This document shows positions 33,814-45,400 of a stretch of 64,000 bases of DNA, one piece after another. A program made the position numbers and the translations under genes. The DNA lies in IMG/VR virus record IMGVR_UViG_3300035670_000108, positions 25,048 to 89,047 of that record. One strand, written 5' to 3'. The notes beneath the pieces are model-generated. The model was not told where the DNA came from. It ran no database searches and saw nothing but the letters and a program-made list of their open reading frames with translations. The DNA comes from a virus. Every line of letters starts with the position of its first letter. The stretch's first letter is position 1.

Positions 33814-35013
33814 ATGGATCTGAACCAAGCCAAAGTAAAAATCCGCGATCAGGCCGGCGCGCTGATGGAGGTCGATCTCGACCTCATGATGTACGACGCT
33901 GCCGCTACCCGCGGCCTGTCCATGAGTCAGCACCTGACCCACCTGTACGGTTCGCAAACCGACGAGGCCAAGTTCGGCAGCGTGATCTCTCAGATCATGC
34001 AGAACAACGGCATTCTGATGGGCTACGACCACGGTACCGGTCTGCGTGCGCCGACCATGTCCGAGGTGCTGAACCATGGCGTGTCCATGGGTGCCATCAC
34101 CAACACCGACGGTAACGATCGTTCCGCCGCCGGCCGCATCCTGTTCCCGGAGATCATCCTGCGGACCATCGAGGCGGAGCTGCGCGAGTCGAAGGACGAC
34201 TACTTCCGCAACTACGAGAACATGGTGGCGATGACCCAGGTCATCAACGGCCCGCGCTTCGAGCAGCCGTCCATCAACGTCAAGTACCCGGAAGAGTCGG
34301 CCAGCAACCGCATCAGCGAACTGGCTGAACCGGACGCGATGGTCAGCATCACCACCAGCTCCGTGACCCGTAAGGTGCCGACCAAGTCCATCGGTCTGAT
34401 GATCTCGGACGAGGCGCTGGCCACCACCACCCTTGACCTGGTGAACATCATCATGACGGCTCAGGCCCGTGGTGAGCGTTACCGCATGGTGCAAGAGCAG
34501 CTGGGCGCCATCCTGAACGGCGATCCGGACTGGGGCGAAGCTGGCCTGAGCGGCTACACTGCCCAGTCCCTGGACTCGGCGATCACCACCGCCGGCACCA
34601 TCACCCACAAGGCCTGGATCAAGTTCCTGCGCAAGGACTTCCGTCGCAAGTCGCTGAACTACGCGATCACCGACCTGGATACCGCCCTCGCGCTGGAAAC
34701 CCGTTCGGGCAAACCGACCCGTGACACCGTCTACTTCGGCGAAGGCTCGAACTTCGCCGTCGACATGACCGTGGACAACCTGAACGCCAAGCAAGTGCCG
34801 GTGTTCCTGGTCGACACCGTGGTCAGCGGCGCCAACACCGTGGTCGCCCTGGATACCCGCTACGGCATCCGCCGCGTGATCAACGTGAGCGCGAACTACA
34901 GCGCGGTCCAGGAGTTCGTCCTGCGTAAGGCCAAGGCCTTCCGTATCGACTACGCCGAGATGGCCCATTCGCTGTACCCGACCGCCTTTGAGAAGATGGC
35001 ACTGACCGTCTAA
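33814..35013 (+). CDS. major capsid protein
   Basis: 399 aa, strong AGGAG RBS, highly biased codons, followed by a terminator. Confidence 0.85.
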   Translation: MDLNQAKVKIRDQAGALMEVDLDLMMYDAAATRGLSMSQHLTHLYGSQTDEAKFGSVISQIMQNNGILMGYDHGTGLRAPTMSEVLNHGVSMGAITNTDGNDRSAAGRILFPEIILRTIEAELRESKDDYFRNYENMVAMTQVINGPRFEQPSINVKYPEESASNRISELAEPDAMVSITTSSVTRKVPTKSIGLMISDEALATTTLDLVNIIMTAQARGERYRMVQEQLGAILNGDPDWGEAGLSGYTAQSLDSAITTAGTITHKAWIKFLRKDFRRKSLNYAITDLDTALALETRSGKPTRDTVYFGEGSNFAVDMTVDNLNAKQVPVFLVDTVVSGANTVVALDTRYGIRRVINVSANYSAVQEFVLRKAKAFRIDYAEMAHSLYPTAFEKMALTV

Positions 35014-35023
35014 CTCACAGGTC

Positions 35024-35054
35024 AACAGGGAGGGCTTCGGCCCTCCTTGTTTCT
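35024..35054 (+). terminator. rho-independent terminator
   Basis: aacagggagggc-ttcg-gccctccttgtt, UUCG tetraloop. Confidence 0.85.
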
Positions 35055-35081
35055 CCAGATCAGGTAAAGAGGAATTGGATC

Positions 35082-35672
35082 ATGGCTAAGACCCAGAACC
35101 AGAATCAACAAACCCAGCCGGCTGCTGCCCCGACTCTCGACGAGCTGCGCGAGGCTTCCCGCCTGGCGGCTGAGAAGGCTGCTGCTTCCAAGCTGGAAGC
35201 GGAAAAGCCGGATGCTACCGACGAGGTCAAGGCTCAGGCCAAGACCGACGATGAAGCTGCTGCTGCTGCCTCGGCTGCGCTGACCGAAGCTGAAGCCGCC
35301 GAGGCCGCCGCCAAGGATCAGCAGCAGAACACCGCCCAGGCCAATGCTCAAGCTCAGCTTGACGAGGCTGCTGCCACCGCTGGCCAGGCCCAGAGCCCGA
35401 CCGAAGCTGAAGCCGCTGCCCGCGCCCAGGCCGAGGAAGACGCGCAGTTCGTGCCCATCTTCGTCGACGAGGACGGTGAGAAGATCCCGCGTAAGACCAT
35501 CCTGCGCCTGGTGAGCACCACTGGTCAGAACCTGCGCTCGCTGGACGGTGCGCTGATCACCCCCGAGCCGACCTGCGAGCTGAACGGCTTCGACGTTCGC
35601 CGCGGTGACTGGTACACCGTGCAGTTCGCCGCCGGCCTGATCAAGGTCGACAGCACCAAGAAAGCCAAGTAA
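35082..35672 (+). CDS. Ala/Glu-rich head-associated hypothetical protein
   Basis: 196-aa ORF with GAGGA RBS. Confidence 0.7.
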   Translation: MAKTQNQNQQTQPAAAPTLDELREASRLAAEKAAASKLEAEKPDATDEVKAQAKTDDEAAAAASAALTEAEAAEAAAKDQQQNTAQANAQAQLDEAAATAGQAQSPTEAEAAARAQAEEDAQFVPIFVDEDGEKIPRKTILRLVSTTGQNLRSLDGALITPEPTCELNGFDVRRGDWYTVQFAAGLIKVDSTKKAK

Positions 35673-35682
35673 GGAGCCGTCC

Positions 35683-36180
35683 ATGGCCCAGATCGGTACC
35701 AACCCGCAGTTCACCACCACGGAAGCCGTTCGCGGCGCTCTGGGGGTGGACTCCACCGACATCGGCGATCAGGCGATGCTCGACGCGGATCTGGCTACCG
35801 AGTTGGGCCTGGACCTGGCCACCTGGTTGCCGTCCTGGGCTGACAAGCTCAGCCCGAGCGGCACGCCAACCCCCGAACAATTGACACTGCAGAAGGCCAT
35901 CCAGACCTACTGCAAATGGTGGTGCGCCGCCGAGTACGCCCGCAAGGTTCTGGCCTTTGCGCAGCTGTACAGCGACGGTAAAGCCGAGCAGCGGCGCTTC
36001 ACCAACTTCGACTGGGAAGCCTTGGCGGCCAACTGCCAGGCCAAGGCTGAATACTACCGCTCCATGGTCGCGGATCTCGACCCTGACATAGACCCGGCCG
36101 CGACCGCTGACGCCTTCACCTTGATCAGCCTCGCCACGCCGACCACTGACCCGGTCACCAACGAAGGCTTCGACACGTAA
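35683..36180 (+). CDS. putative head-tail adaptor
   Basis: Position; T..VR.ALG helical N-terminus. Confidence 0.55.
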   Translation: MAQIGTNPQFTTTEAVRGALGVDSTDIGDQAMLDADLATELGLDLATWLPSWADKLSPSGTPTPEQLTLQKAIQTYCKWWCAAEYARKVLAFAQLYSDGKAEQRRFTNFDWEALAANCQAKAEYYRSMVADLDPDIDPAATADAFTLISLATPTTDPVTNEGFDT

Positions 36181-36788
36181 TGGACCTGCGCAAGTCCTAT
36201 TCCAAGTTCGCTTCGCACGAGCTGCAGAAGTGGAATTGGGCTACCAGCGCATTCGAGCCTACGGGTGTAAAGGGCTCGCTGCAGGTCTACGATCGCTTTA
36301 TCAGCGACCGCGACTTCGGGCAGAAGAAGCGGATATTTCTCTGCCCAGGCGAGTTCGACCTCGACCGCAATCTGGCCGTGCTGCAGATCCCGGGCGTGGA
36401 AGGTGTCTGGCTGATCGAAGGCGAGAACGCTGACGCCGACGCCAGCGGGGTGTACGGTACGCCGGTGGTGCTGCGCGAGGCGCGGTACACGGTCAAGCTC
36501 TACAAGAAGGGAGGCTCCAAGAAGCGCGCCAGCGGTGTCGGTTACACCGACCAAGCAGACGTGCTCATGGGTACCACCTGGGGGGACTTCAGCCGGTACT
36601 CGAGTACCGAATCGCGGGAGCTGCCGGCCGTTGACTACACCATTGGCAGCTGGTATCTGCCGCGCGGGACCGAGGTGGATCTCGACACCATCATCGAAGA
36701 CCAGTACGGTCAGCGCTTCATCGTCCGGGAGGTCAGCTCGTTCCTGGATCTGCTGATGGTACGTGCACAGGAGCGCGAGCAAGCATGA
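36180..36788 (+). CDS. putative head closure/neck protein
   Basis: Position; beta-rich. Confidence 0.5.
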   Translation: MDLRKSYSKFASHELQKWNWATSAFEPTGVKGSLQVYDRFISDRDFGQKKRIFLCPGEFDLDRNLAVLQIPGVEGVWLIEGENADADASGVYGTPVVLREARYTVKLYKKGGSKKRASGVGYTDQADVLMGTTWGDFSRYSSTESRELPAVDYTIGSWYLPRGTEVDLDTIIEDQYGQRFIVREVSSFLDLLMVRAQEREQA

Positions 36789-37264
36789 GCCGCCGCCAGG
36801 TCGAGATGGCCTTCAAGAGCACCCTGGACAAGCTGGTCAACGACCTGGCTGCCGAGCTGTCTGCCGCCGCTCCGAGCGCTAACCCTGTGCGCGCCTTCGA
36901 CCTGGACGACGCCACCAACGAGCGCCAGTGGCAGGCTGGCACCGAGCACGCCCTGGCCTACCAGTACACCCTGCTCAGCGAGGCCCCGCGCCACCCCTTG
37001 TACGACGTCACGTTCCTGGTCGGAGCCAAGACCACAGACGACGCCGGAAACTATGCCATGACCGACCTGATCACTGATCTGGGGGACCTGTTCAAGTCCG
37101 GCGACAGCTTCGAGCTGTTCGACTACAGCGAAGTGGAGGAAGGCCAGGACCCGGGTGAACAGATCGGTGTCCTGGTCATCGGCAGCGTAGATACCGGCCC
37201 GCAGATGTTCGAGAAGCAGAGCGGAATCCGGCTGCTGCAGATCGAAGGCAAGGTCATAGCGTGA
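36785..37264 (+). CDS. putative tail terminator/completion protein
   Basis: Position; acidic 159 aa. Confidence 0.5.
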   Translation: MSRRQVEMAFKSTLDKLVNDLAAELSAAAPSANPVRAFDLDDATNERQWQAGTEHALAYQYTLLSEAPRHPLYDVTFLVGAKTTDDAGNYAMTDLITDLGDLFKSGDSFELFDYSEVEEGQDPGEQIGVLVIGSVDTGPQMFEKQSGIRLLQIEGKVIA

Positions 37265-37267
37265 CGT

Positions 37268-37969
37268 ATGGCTACCACCAAGGTCACCACCCGTAAGGTC
37301 ACCCTCGGCACCGAGGCCATCAAGCGCGCCGCCGCGCGTGACCCGCGGGTGCTCAAGCAGCTGGAGAACCAGTTCCGGCGTTTCACCGGCCGCGAGATGG
37401 CCAACGTGGTCACCGACCACTTCCAGGAAGCTATCGGCCACGCCGCCCGCCTTGTCGATGATGGTGTGCCCGGGGCCGAGAGTGGAGCAGCACCTACCGT
37501 CAGCACGCGCTTCGGAGCGGTGGTCATCAGCTACTGGAGCGCCCTGACCAGCAGGTACAGGGCCTCGAAGAAACGGAATTTTGCAGGAACCGAGGGCCTC
37601 TTTTGGAAGCGCTCGGGAGCCACCGGCAAGTATCTGCTAAAGGTGTCTACCGGCGTGAAGTCGGCTAGGCTATCGAAGGTCAAGGCTGAGCCTAGCTCCG
37701 CCACGGCCCGTGCGCAGGTTCGGGTCAGCTCGACGATCACCACCCCGTTTACGGGTGACCCAGTGATCGACGGCCTGATGCGAAACAGCTTCGTACAAGG
37801 GGAACCAACCTTTGTTCGAGGTTCGGCAGGGAAAAACCTCACGCCCGCTGGTATAGTGGCCGTGATGGAGGCAGGCAAGGGTGGGCAACCTCCGCGCCCG
37901 CTGATCAGCCAGCTTGCAGCGGCCCTGGGAATCAGGGCGCAGCAGGCGTTAAGGAAAATCAAGCAATAG
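37268..37969 (+). CDS. putative neck/tail completion protein (basic)
   Basis: Position; basic composition. Confidence 0.5.
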   Translation: MATTKVTTRKVTLGTEAIKRAAARDPRVLKQLENQFRRFTGREMANVVTDHFQEAIGHAARLVDDGVPGAESGAAPTVSTRFGAVVISYWSALTSRYRASKKRNFAGTEGLFWKRSGATGKYLLKVSTGVKSARLSKVKAEPSSATARAQVRVSSTITTPFTGDPVIDGLMRNSFVQGEPTFVRGSAGKNLTPAGIVAVMEAGKGGQPPRPLISQLAAALGIRAQQALRKIKQ

Positions 37970-37982
37970 GGAGTGCTGAGCT

Positions 37983-38798
37983 ATGTCTCTTGGCCAAGCA
38001 AAAACCAAGGCGTTCAACCTGGGCACTGCGGAACTCCGCATCATGCCGCTGTCCGCCTCTGGCAAAGCGATGCCCGCTCACTCGGTAGGTCTCGTCGATA
38101 CCGTCACTGTCGAGGTAGCCCAGGAAGCCGTCCGTTTGGAAGGTGGTTTCCCGCGCAAACTCATTGACACTGCAATCGCCAGCCAGACCTCCTCGGTGAC
38201 CGGCGTACTGCGCGAAGTCAGCCGCCGCAACATGCAGGTGCTGCTGGGTCAGGGCGTCGCCGCCTCCAACCCGGCGGATGTCGCAACTACCCTGAGCACC
38301 GCTGCCCTGGTAGGCGCTACCAGCCTGGTAGTGGATTCTGCTGCCGGCATCGTGGCTGGCGACACCCTCGTTGTCTACCCGAAAGGCAAGCCGGAAGAGC
38401 TGTCGGTGGTGATCGTGGATAGCGTCGCTACCAACACCCTCACCCTGAACGCCCAGACCCCGACCCTGCACGCCTACGACCCCGCAGTCAACGTGGTCGA
38501 GGTGTTCAACGCTCAGCCTATCCCGCTCGGCGCTGTGGACTCGGTGAAATACTTCGGTGTGCAGGTGCTGCAGCGCAACTACGCCAACGGTCGCCCGCGC
38601 GTGTTCGACCTGTGGAAGGCTGCCATCTCCTCGGGTATGTCCTACGAGACCAACAACCAGGACTACGGCTCCCAGAACCTCACCATCGAGATCCTGGAAC
38701 CGACTGCCGACGACTACGCCGTTGGCGGCCCCCTGGCACACCTCGCGGGCATCATCCCGAACCACCCGGCTGGCCGGATCTCGTTCGGCGCTCCGTAA
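37983..38798 (+). CDS. major tail (tube) protein
   Basis: 271 aa with biased codons, followed by a terminator, upstream of chaperone and TMP. Confidence 0.75.
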   Translation: MSLGQAKTKAFNLGTAELRIMPLSASGKAMPAHSVGLVDTVTVEVAQEAVRLEGGFPRKLIDTAIASQTSSVTGVLREVSRRNMQVLLGQGVAASNPADVATTLSTAALVGATSLVVDSAAGIVAGDTLVVYPKGKPEELSVVIVDSVATNTLTLNAQTPTLHAYDPAVNVVEVFNAQPIPLGAVDSVKYFGVQVLQRNYANGRPRVFDLWKAAISSGMSYETNNQDYGSQNLTIEILEPTADDYAVGGPLAHLAGIIPNHPAGRISFGAP

Positions 38799-38813
38799 GG
38801 GCGGTAGCAACAC

Positions 38814-38843
38814 AGAAGGCCCGATTCGTCGGGCCTTCTTTTT
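38814..38843 (+). terminator. rho-independent terminator
   Basis: agaaggcccga-ttcg-tcgggccttct followed by TTTT. Confidence 0.9.
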
Positions 38844-38852
38844 GGAGGCGGC

Positions 38853-39428
38853 ATGAGCAGTCTGTTCTTCCAGCTCCACCAGATCGACGCAGAGGGGTCG
38901 CGGTTCACCGCCATGGAGCGGGAGATGCTGCGCCTGACCCTGGAAGCCAACCCTGGGGTGACCCTCGGCGCGGCGGTACAGGACGTTTTCGACTACCTCA
39001 AGATCAAGATCAAGAAGGCCCGCCTGGAGGCCATCTGCGCCAGGCTGATCGCGGAAAACCGCGAGCGCCACCCAGAGAGCGAGGAGCCCGCACAGGCCCC
39101 GCGCAAGAAGCAATCTGCGGCCTTCGGCAAAGAGATGATCGAGTGGATCGAGGGCATGCACGCGGCTGAGCGCCTGCTGGCGGCGGTAGGGTTCAACGCC
39201 ACCCTTGCCCGGCAGATCTACTGCGAGCAGGACTACCTGGTGACCGACAACATCAGCCAGCTGTTCCTGCAGGAGCGCTGGAACAAGAGCCTGATCCAGC
39301 TGCAGGCGGCATCGGCCCCGTGGATGGGTGGCGGCAAAGGTGGTGACACCGAGCTGATCGACCTGAGCCAGGCCTCCGATGACGATCCGGCATGGGCTGA
39401 GCTGGAGAAACTCTTCGGCCCGCGCTGA
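38853..39428 (+). CDS. putative tail assembly chaperone
   Basis: Located between the tube and tape measure genes. Confidence 0.55.
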   Translation: MSSLFFQLHQIDAEGSRFTAMEREMLRLTLEANPGVTLGAAVQDVFDYLKIKIKKARLEAICARLIAENRERHPESEEPAQAPRKKQSAAFGKEMIEWIEGMHAAERLLAAVGFNATLARQIYCEQDYLVTDNISQLFLQERWNKSLIQLQAASAPWMGGGKGGDTELIDLSQASDDDPAWAELEKLFGPR

Positions 39429-39475
39429 TATATACTCCGGCGAGCGCCGCACCCACCCGTCAGGATGACCACCAC

Positions 39476-42400
39476 ATGGCCAAGAAGCCCGAGATCCAGG
39501 CAGACGCCCTACTCAACCTCGTACTGGACGAAGCCACCCTCAAGCAGCAGCTCGCCAAGGCGCTCGGCACCACCATCAAGGAAGCGGCTGGCAACGCCAA
39601 CCTGGGCGATGCCTTGGTCTCTCCGCAGGCCATGTCGAAGATCCGCCGCGAACTGGCCAAAACCTTCAAGGAAGCCGGCAAGGAGCTGGGTCAGGCTCTG
39701 TCGGTAGCTCAGTCCGACGGCCTGGGCGACCTGCTCGATAAAACCCGCCGCGACACCATCAAGAAATTCGACCGCGACATCCAGGACCTGCTTTCGGGAA
39801 AAGGACGCTCGGCCACCCGCTCTTTGCCTGCCTTGCCGCAACTCGGCGAGAAAATGCAGGACGAGCTGCGCACCGCCCTGCGCGTATTCGGCAGGGAATC
39901 GGTGCGCAGCGGCAGTTACAAGCAGCGCGAGCCGCAAATTTCCCAGGCCAACCGGAATGTGGCCGAACTGAACAAGGTTCTGCAGGAGCTGGCCGGGCTG
40001 CCCAGCGTAGCCGCCCGCGACCTGCAGAAGATCCGCTCCCTGGTCAACGACAAGGACACCGGCCGCTACCTGCGCCTGCAGAAGGAAGAGCGTGCCAGCC
40101 TGGTGAAGTCGGGCCAGGCTCTGGGCCTGCAGATCCAGAACCTCAACCGCCTCGCCGGCACCCTGAGCAAGATGGGCTTCGGCGACGCCGCGGCCGAGAT
40201 CAAGGCCGCCAACCAGGCGCGTAAGGCCCTGGTCACCGAGTTCAACCGTCTCTCCTCGCCTGCGCAGGTGGAAGCTCGCGGTCGCATCGAGGAAAAAGCT
40301 GCTGCGCGCCAGCAAAAGCAGTTAGAACAAGCTCAGCGTAAAGCCCTGAAGGCCGAGGCCCGCAGACGCGAGGCAGAGCAAAAGGCTGAGCCCTATCGGA
40401 CGATTTTCGGCATGCGTGGTGGGGCAGGTCTTCGCCCAGGTATAGCCGCAACGATGGACGCATCCGCTCGGGTTAGGGGCGGGTACGGTGACCGTGCCAC
40501 ATTACGCGCCGGTTCCATGCGGAGCCTGCGCCTTTCCCCGGAGGAACGCCGCTACCAGGCCTGGTTCGCCAACGCCGAGACCCGCAGCAGAACCACCCTT
40601 GACCCCCTGGAGCAGGTCCGCCAGGGGATCGCTCGTGGGAGGGCTATTGCCGCCTCCAGGTCACCGCGTGAAACCGCTGAAGACCGCCGCTACCAAGCCT
40701 GGTTCGCCAACGCCGAGACCCGTAGCCGGACCACCCTCGACCCGCTGGAGCAGGTCCGCCAGGGCATCGCTCGCGGCGCGGCGATCAACGCGGAAAAGAC
40801 CAGAGCGGCCAACGAGAAAGCGCTCACCGTGCTGAACGAAGGTATCCGTAAGAACGGCGAGCAGATGCTGCTGATGCAGCAGAAGTTCCTGAAGAGCCAA
40901 AGCGAACTGCAGCAGGCCAGCCTTGACGACCAGAAGAAGGCCTACGAGGCCCAGCAGAAAGCTCGGGCTACGTTCGCTCGGCAGACCGCCAGCTATGCCG
41001 ACGCTCAACGCATCATCGGCGGGGTTGGCGGCATCGGTAACCTCAGCAACGCCATGGACATCGGGATCGTCCGTGGCGGCTTGGGCAGCGCTTACCGCCA
41101 AGGCCAGCAAAGGCTCAACCTGGCAGCCGCCTACGGTACCGACTCTGCGCAGTACCGCGAGGCCCTGGCCAACCTGAACCAGATCCGCGCGCAGCGTGAC
41201 GCTCTGGCTGACCGTATCCGGACAGTGCGCGCTGGCGCTGGCGGTGGCGCTGGCGGTGGTGCTGGCGGCTCTGGCGGCGGCCGTGGCGGCCGTGGCGATG
41301 GCGAGTACAGCGCCGCCGGCAACCTGCTGGGTACCTTCAGCCGGTACGCCATCGGCTACGGCGGTCTGTACCAGGTGCTCAACCTGGTTACCCAGCTGAA
41401 GACCGAGATCATCGAGCTGGACCGTGCCTTCTACTCGATCAAGGCGGTCACCCAGGCCACTGACATCGAGATGAAGGCCATCTCGCGGAGCATCCGCGAG
41501 GTCGCGCTCAACACCAACTTCTCGACCCGCGAGATCGCGGCGGCGGCCGAGATCCTCGGCCAGGCCGGCGTTGCTCCAGCGGAGATGGATTCGGTTCTGT
41601 CCTCTACCGCCCGGTTCGCCTCGGCCACCAACTCCTCCTTGCAGGTCGCCGCCGACCTGTTGACCACCGTCCGCACGGTGTACAAGGAGCTGGAAGACGC
41701 CACCATCGCCGATCAGCTGACCAAGGCGATCAACCTGTCCAAGCTGACGGCCGAGGATCTCAAGACGATCCTGTCTCTGACCAGCCAGACGGCGGCCAGC
41801 TACAACATCGACCTCGAACAGATGCTGGCGGCGGTGACGACCCTGCGGAACGCCGGTGTGAAACCGTCCACCGTGGCTACCGGCCTGCGCCAGGCCATGC
41901 TGGAAGTGTTCAACCCCGACACCGCCACCCTCAAGGCCCTGGGCAGGCGCTACAAGGAGATGGGCGAGAATCTGGGCGCCGATCAGATCCAGCAGCGCTT
42001 CTTCGGCTTCACCAACGCTCAGAACCCGCTGCTGGCGGCGCTGGGCGAGCTGCAGCGCCTGGGCTTCAACGACGAGGGTCAGAAGACCCTGCAGCGCGGC
42101 GTGGACATCCGTGCCTTCAACGCCATCCAGGGCCTGCTCTCCAACTTCAAGGAGCTGGAGGAGGCTGAGAGCAAGATTACCTTCGGCCAGGCCGCGGCCG
42201 AGGGCGCCGAGATCCAGATGCAGTCGTTGGCCGCCTCCCTTGAAAACCTGGGCGCGTCCATCGTGGTGCTGGCCGAGCAGATGTCGAACGGGCTGGTGCG
42301 CCAGCTCGCCGCAGGTGCTCAAGGTGCCACTGACCTGATCGAGAAGCTGGGCGAGCTGGATCTACAGCTGCGGGCCACCGGCGAGGGCAGCCTCAACCAG

Positions 42401-45400
42401 GTGTTCGGTGGCGCCCTGGCTGGCGGTGTGGCTGGTGCGATTTCCGGCAAAGGCTTCCGCGGCAAGGCCATCGGCGCTCTGCTCGGCGGCACGGCCGGCG
42501 GCTACCTGTCTGGCGGCTACCAGTTCGATGACTCCGGCGAGTTCGGCGTGGGCGATGCGGCCGGTATTGCGGCCACCCTGCTGCTGGTGGGCCGCGCCAT
42601 GAAGTGGATCGCGGGTATCAGCAAGGCGGTAGCGCCGGCTGTGGAAGGAGCCAAGGCCCTGGGCATTGGCGGCGGCGCTGCGGCCGGCGTCGGCGGTGCC
42701 ACCGTGGCCAAGACCATCGGCAGCAGATTCATCCCGTTCATTGGCTGGGCGCTGACCGCGATCTCGGTGATAGAGGCCATCACGGACCTGATCCCGGAGG
42801 ACGAGGTCTCGAAGATGAAGTCCCAGGCCGAAGCCGCCAGCGGCCAGGCTGCCAAGATCCGTGACCGCCTGCAGCGCAACACCGAGCTGGTCAACGCCTT
42901 CTCTCCTGACTCCGCCAACCCGGAGCCCGGTACCGCCAGCGCCGGCTTCGCCAAGTACCAGGAGACCCTGGAGAACTACCGGCTTGGCCTCAATGACGTC
43001 TTCGGCGAGCTGACCGAGGAGCAGGCCAAGCAGATCTCCGAGCAGCTGACCCAGTACGCCTCGATGACCTTCACCGAGCGCACCAACTCCGACATTCGCT
43101 CGCAGATCGAGGGAGTGATCGGCGGCCAGCTGGGCGAGGGCGTGACTGACCAGGTGCTGTTCAACTTGGGCAAGCAGCGCGAGCAGGTAGAAGCCACGGT
43201 GGAAGCCTACGTGGACAACACCCGCCAGATGATCACGTCGGTCACCGAGCGCATCCGTGCCGCCAGGGAATCGGGCGACGAGATCAGCGAGAAGGATGCG
43301 GCCATGTCGCAGGCCTTCAGCGAGAACTCTGACGAGCTGCAGAAGATCCTCGACGGCACCAGCGACCTGGACCCGGAGGCGGTGCAGGAACGCCTGAAGG
43401 AGTTCTACGCCCGCTTCGTAGAGCTGGTGGACAAACGCCCAGCGCTGGAGGCCGAGGAGCGCAGCAAGAACATCGAGGCCCTGGCCGCCCAGCTGCAGGC
43501 CGCCCTTGCCTCCTCGGACAACTCGGCGGAGATCGCCCAGGCTGTCAGCCAGATCGGCAACAGCCTGGAGTTCATCAGCCTGACCACGCAAGATCGGTTG
43601 GCCGGCATTCTGGCGGGCCTGGGCGGTTCCCTGGAGTCGGTCGATGCGCAGATCGCTGCGCACCAGGCCGAGCGCCCAGACATCCTGCACCGGGGGACCA
43701 ATGCCCTGTGGCGTGCGCTGGGCTCCCCTAACGAGGTCGGCGAGGCAGCTGAGGCCGAGTGGCAGCGGAAGAACGCCGCGCTTCAGGCCCGCCGCCAGCT
43801 GCTGATAGAGCAGCAGGAGAAGGCGGTCAAGTCCAACTACGACCAGGAGATGAAGCAGCTTCAGGACAACCGCAAGGCCCGTGACAAGGCCGAGGTCGAT
43901 GCCAAGGCCCTGCTCGGCGGCCTGAACGCGCCCGACATCAAGGCGGCCCTGGGCAATGCTCAGACCCTGCGCGACATAGGCCTGAGCCCGGCGCAGATCA
44001 AGCAGCTGCAGGACAATGCCGCTGGCATCTCTAGCAACGACCCAGCGCTGCTGTCCCGCCTTAGCGCGACCACCACCGACGCCAAGGGCAACGTGGTGCC
44101 TTCCAGCGAGTACCAGTCCCTCGACAAGTCGTTCGGCCTGATCGCTGCCAACCTGGCCCGGGTGACCGAGGCCGAGCAGCGCCGCCAGCGCGACGAGAAG
44201 AACCTGGTCGGCATCGACCTGCTCAGCAGCAAGACCGCTGCCGAAACGGCGATCAAGAAGGCCGACTACGGCAACAACTTCGCCCTCCTTGCCAGCAATT
44301 CGCCGAGCAACCCCGTGGTGCAGCTGTTCGACGCCCAACGCCAGATCCTGGAGAAGGAACTGGCCCAGGCCAAGGCCGCGGCTGAGGACGCTGCCGAGGA
44401 TGGCTCGAAGACCTCGGTCAGCAAGCAGCAAGCCGTACTGGAGGCCCAGGCCAAGCTCGACACTCTGGACATGGAGAAGGAGCAGGAGCTGGCCAAATAC
44501 TCGGCCAAGCTGCGCACGGCCGGCGAGAAAGCCCAGCGTGCCGCCGACCAGGAGGCGAAGAAGCAGGCCAAGGTGGCGGTCACCCAGACCGGCATCGAGC
44601 AGCGTAAGGTCAAGCAGGACTTCGACGAGGCTGTCCGCACGGGCGACATCGCCAAGTTCGAGGAGCTGTCGGCCAAGTACACGGCTGTCCAGGAGAAACT
44701 GCGCACCCAGCTGGAAGAGGAGCTGAAGGCCCGTGGCTACACCACCAGCCAGATCATCGACGAGATCAAGCTGCGTGAGGAGCTGAACAAGCCTCTGGCT
44801 GAGCAGGTGGAGAACATCCGCAAGCTGGCGGACCAGCGCCGCCAGCAGCGTGATCTGGAGTACCGCGATATTGGCTCAGGGCCGAAGTTGGGCGACAAGT
44901 TCAACACTGCCTACCTGGGTGCAGACGGCTTCACCACCGAGGAGCAGATCTCGGCGGCCACCCGTGACATCCTCGCGCTGCAGCAGAAGCGGGCTCTGGT
45001 GCAGGCGGATGCCAACAACTCCCTGTTCAAGGGCGACGCCGAGACGGTGCTCAAGCTGAACCAGGAGCTGGACGACCTCGACACCCAGCTCGGGGAGACC
45101 CAGGCCGCCCTTGATAAGATGACCCGCCACCCGGCGGACACCATCTACGCAGCCTTCTCCCCGCGCAACCTGATCATCGAGTTGGAGAACAGCACGCGCA
45201 CCTTCGAGCACCTGGGTGACAACCTGCGGGGCTCCCTGGTGTCGGCGCTCGACGAAGTAGGTGATGGCCTGGCCCGAGCGATCAACGAGGGCGAGGACTT
45301 CGGCGAAGTCCTGCAGAACATCATCAACCAGACCGCCACCAGCATGCTGGGCGACATCTTCTCGACCAACCTGCGCGAGGGGGCGATCGGCCTGATCAAA

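Noticed and set aside
38853-39476. Programmed frameshift tail chaperone (G/GT type)
   Set aside because: Only one ORF lies between the tube and TMP genes, and I see no convincing slippery heptamer with a second frame.
40547-40777. Diversity-generating retroelement TR/VR pair
   Set aside because: Differences are synonymous and not adenine-specific, and no reverse transcriptase is visible.
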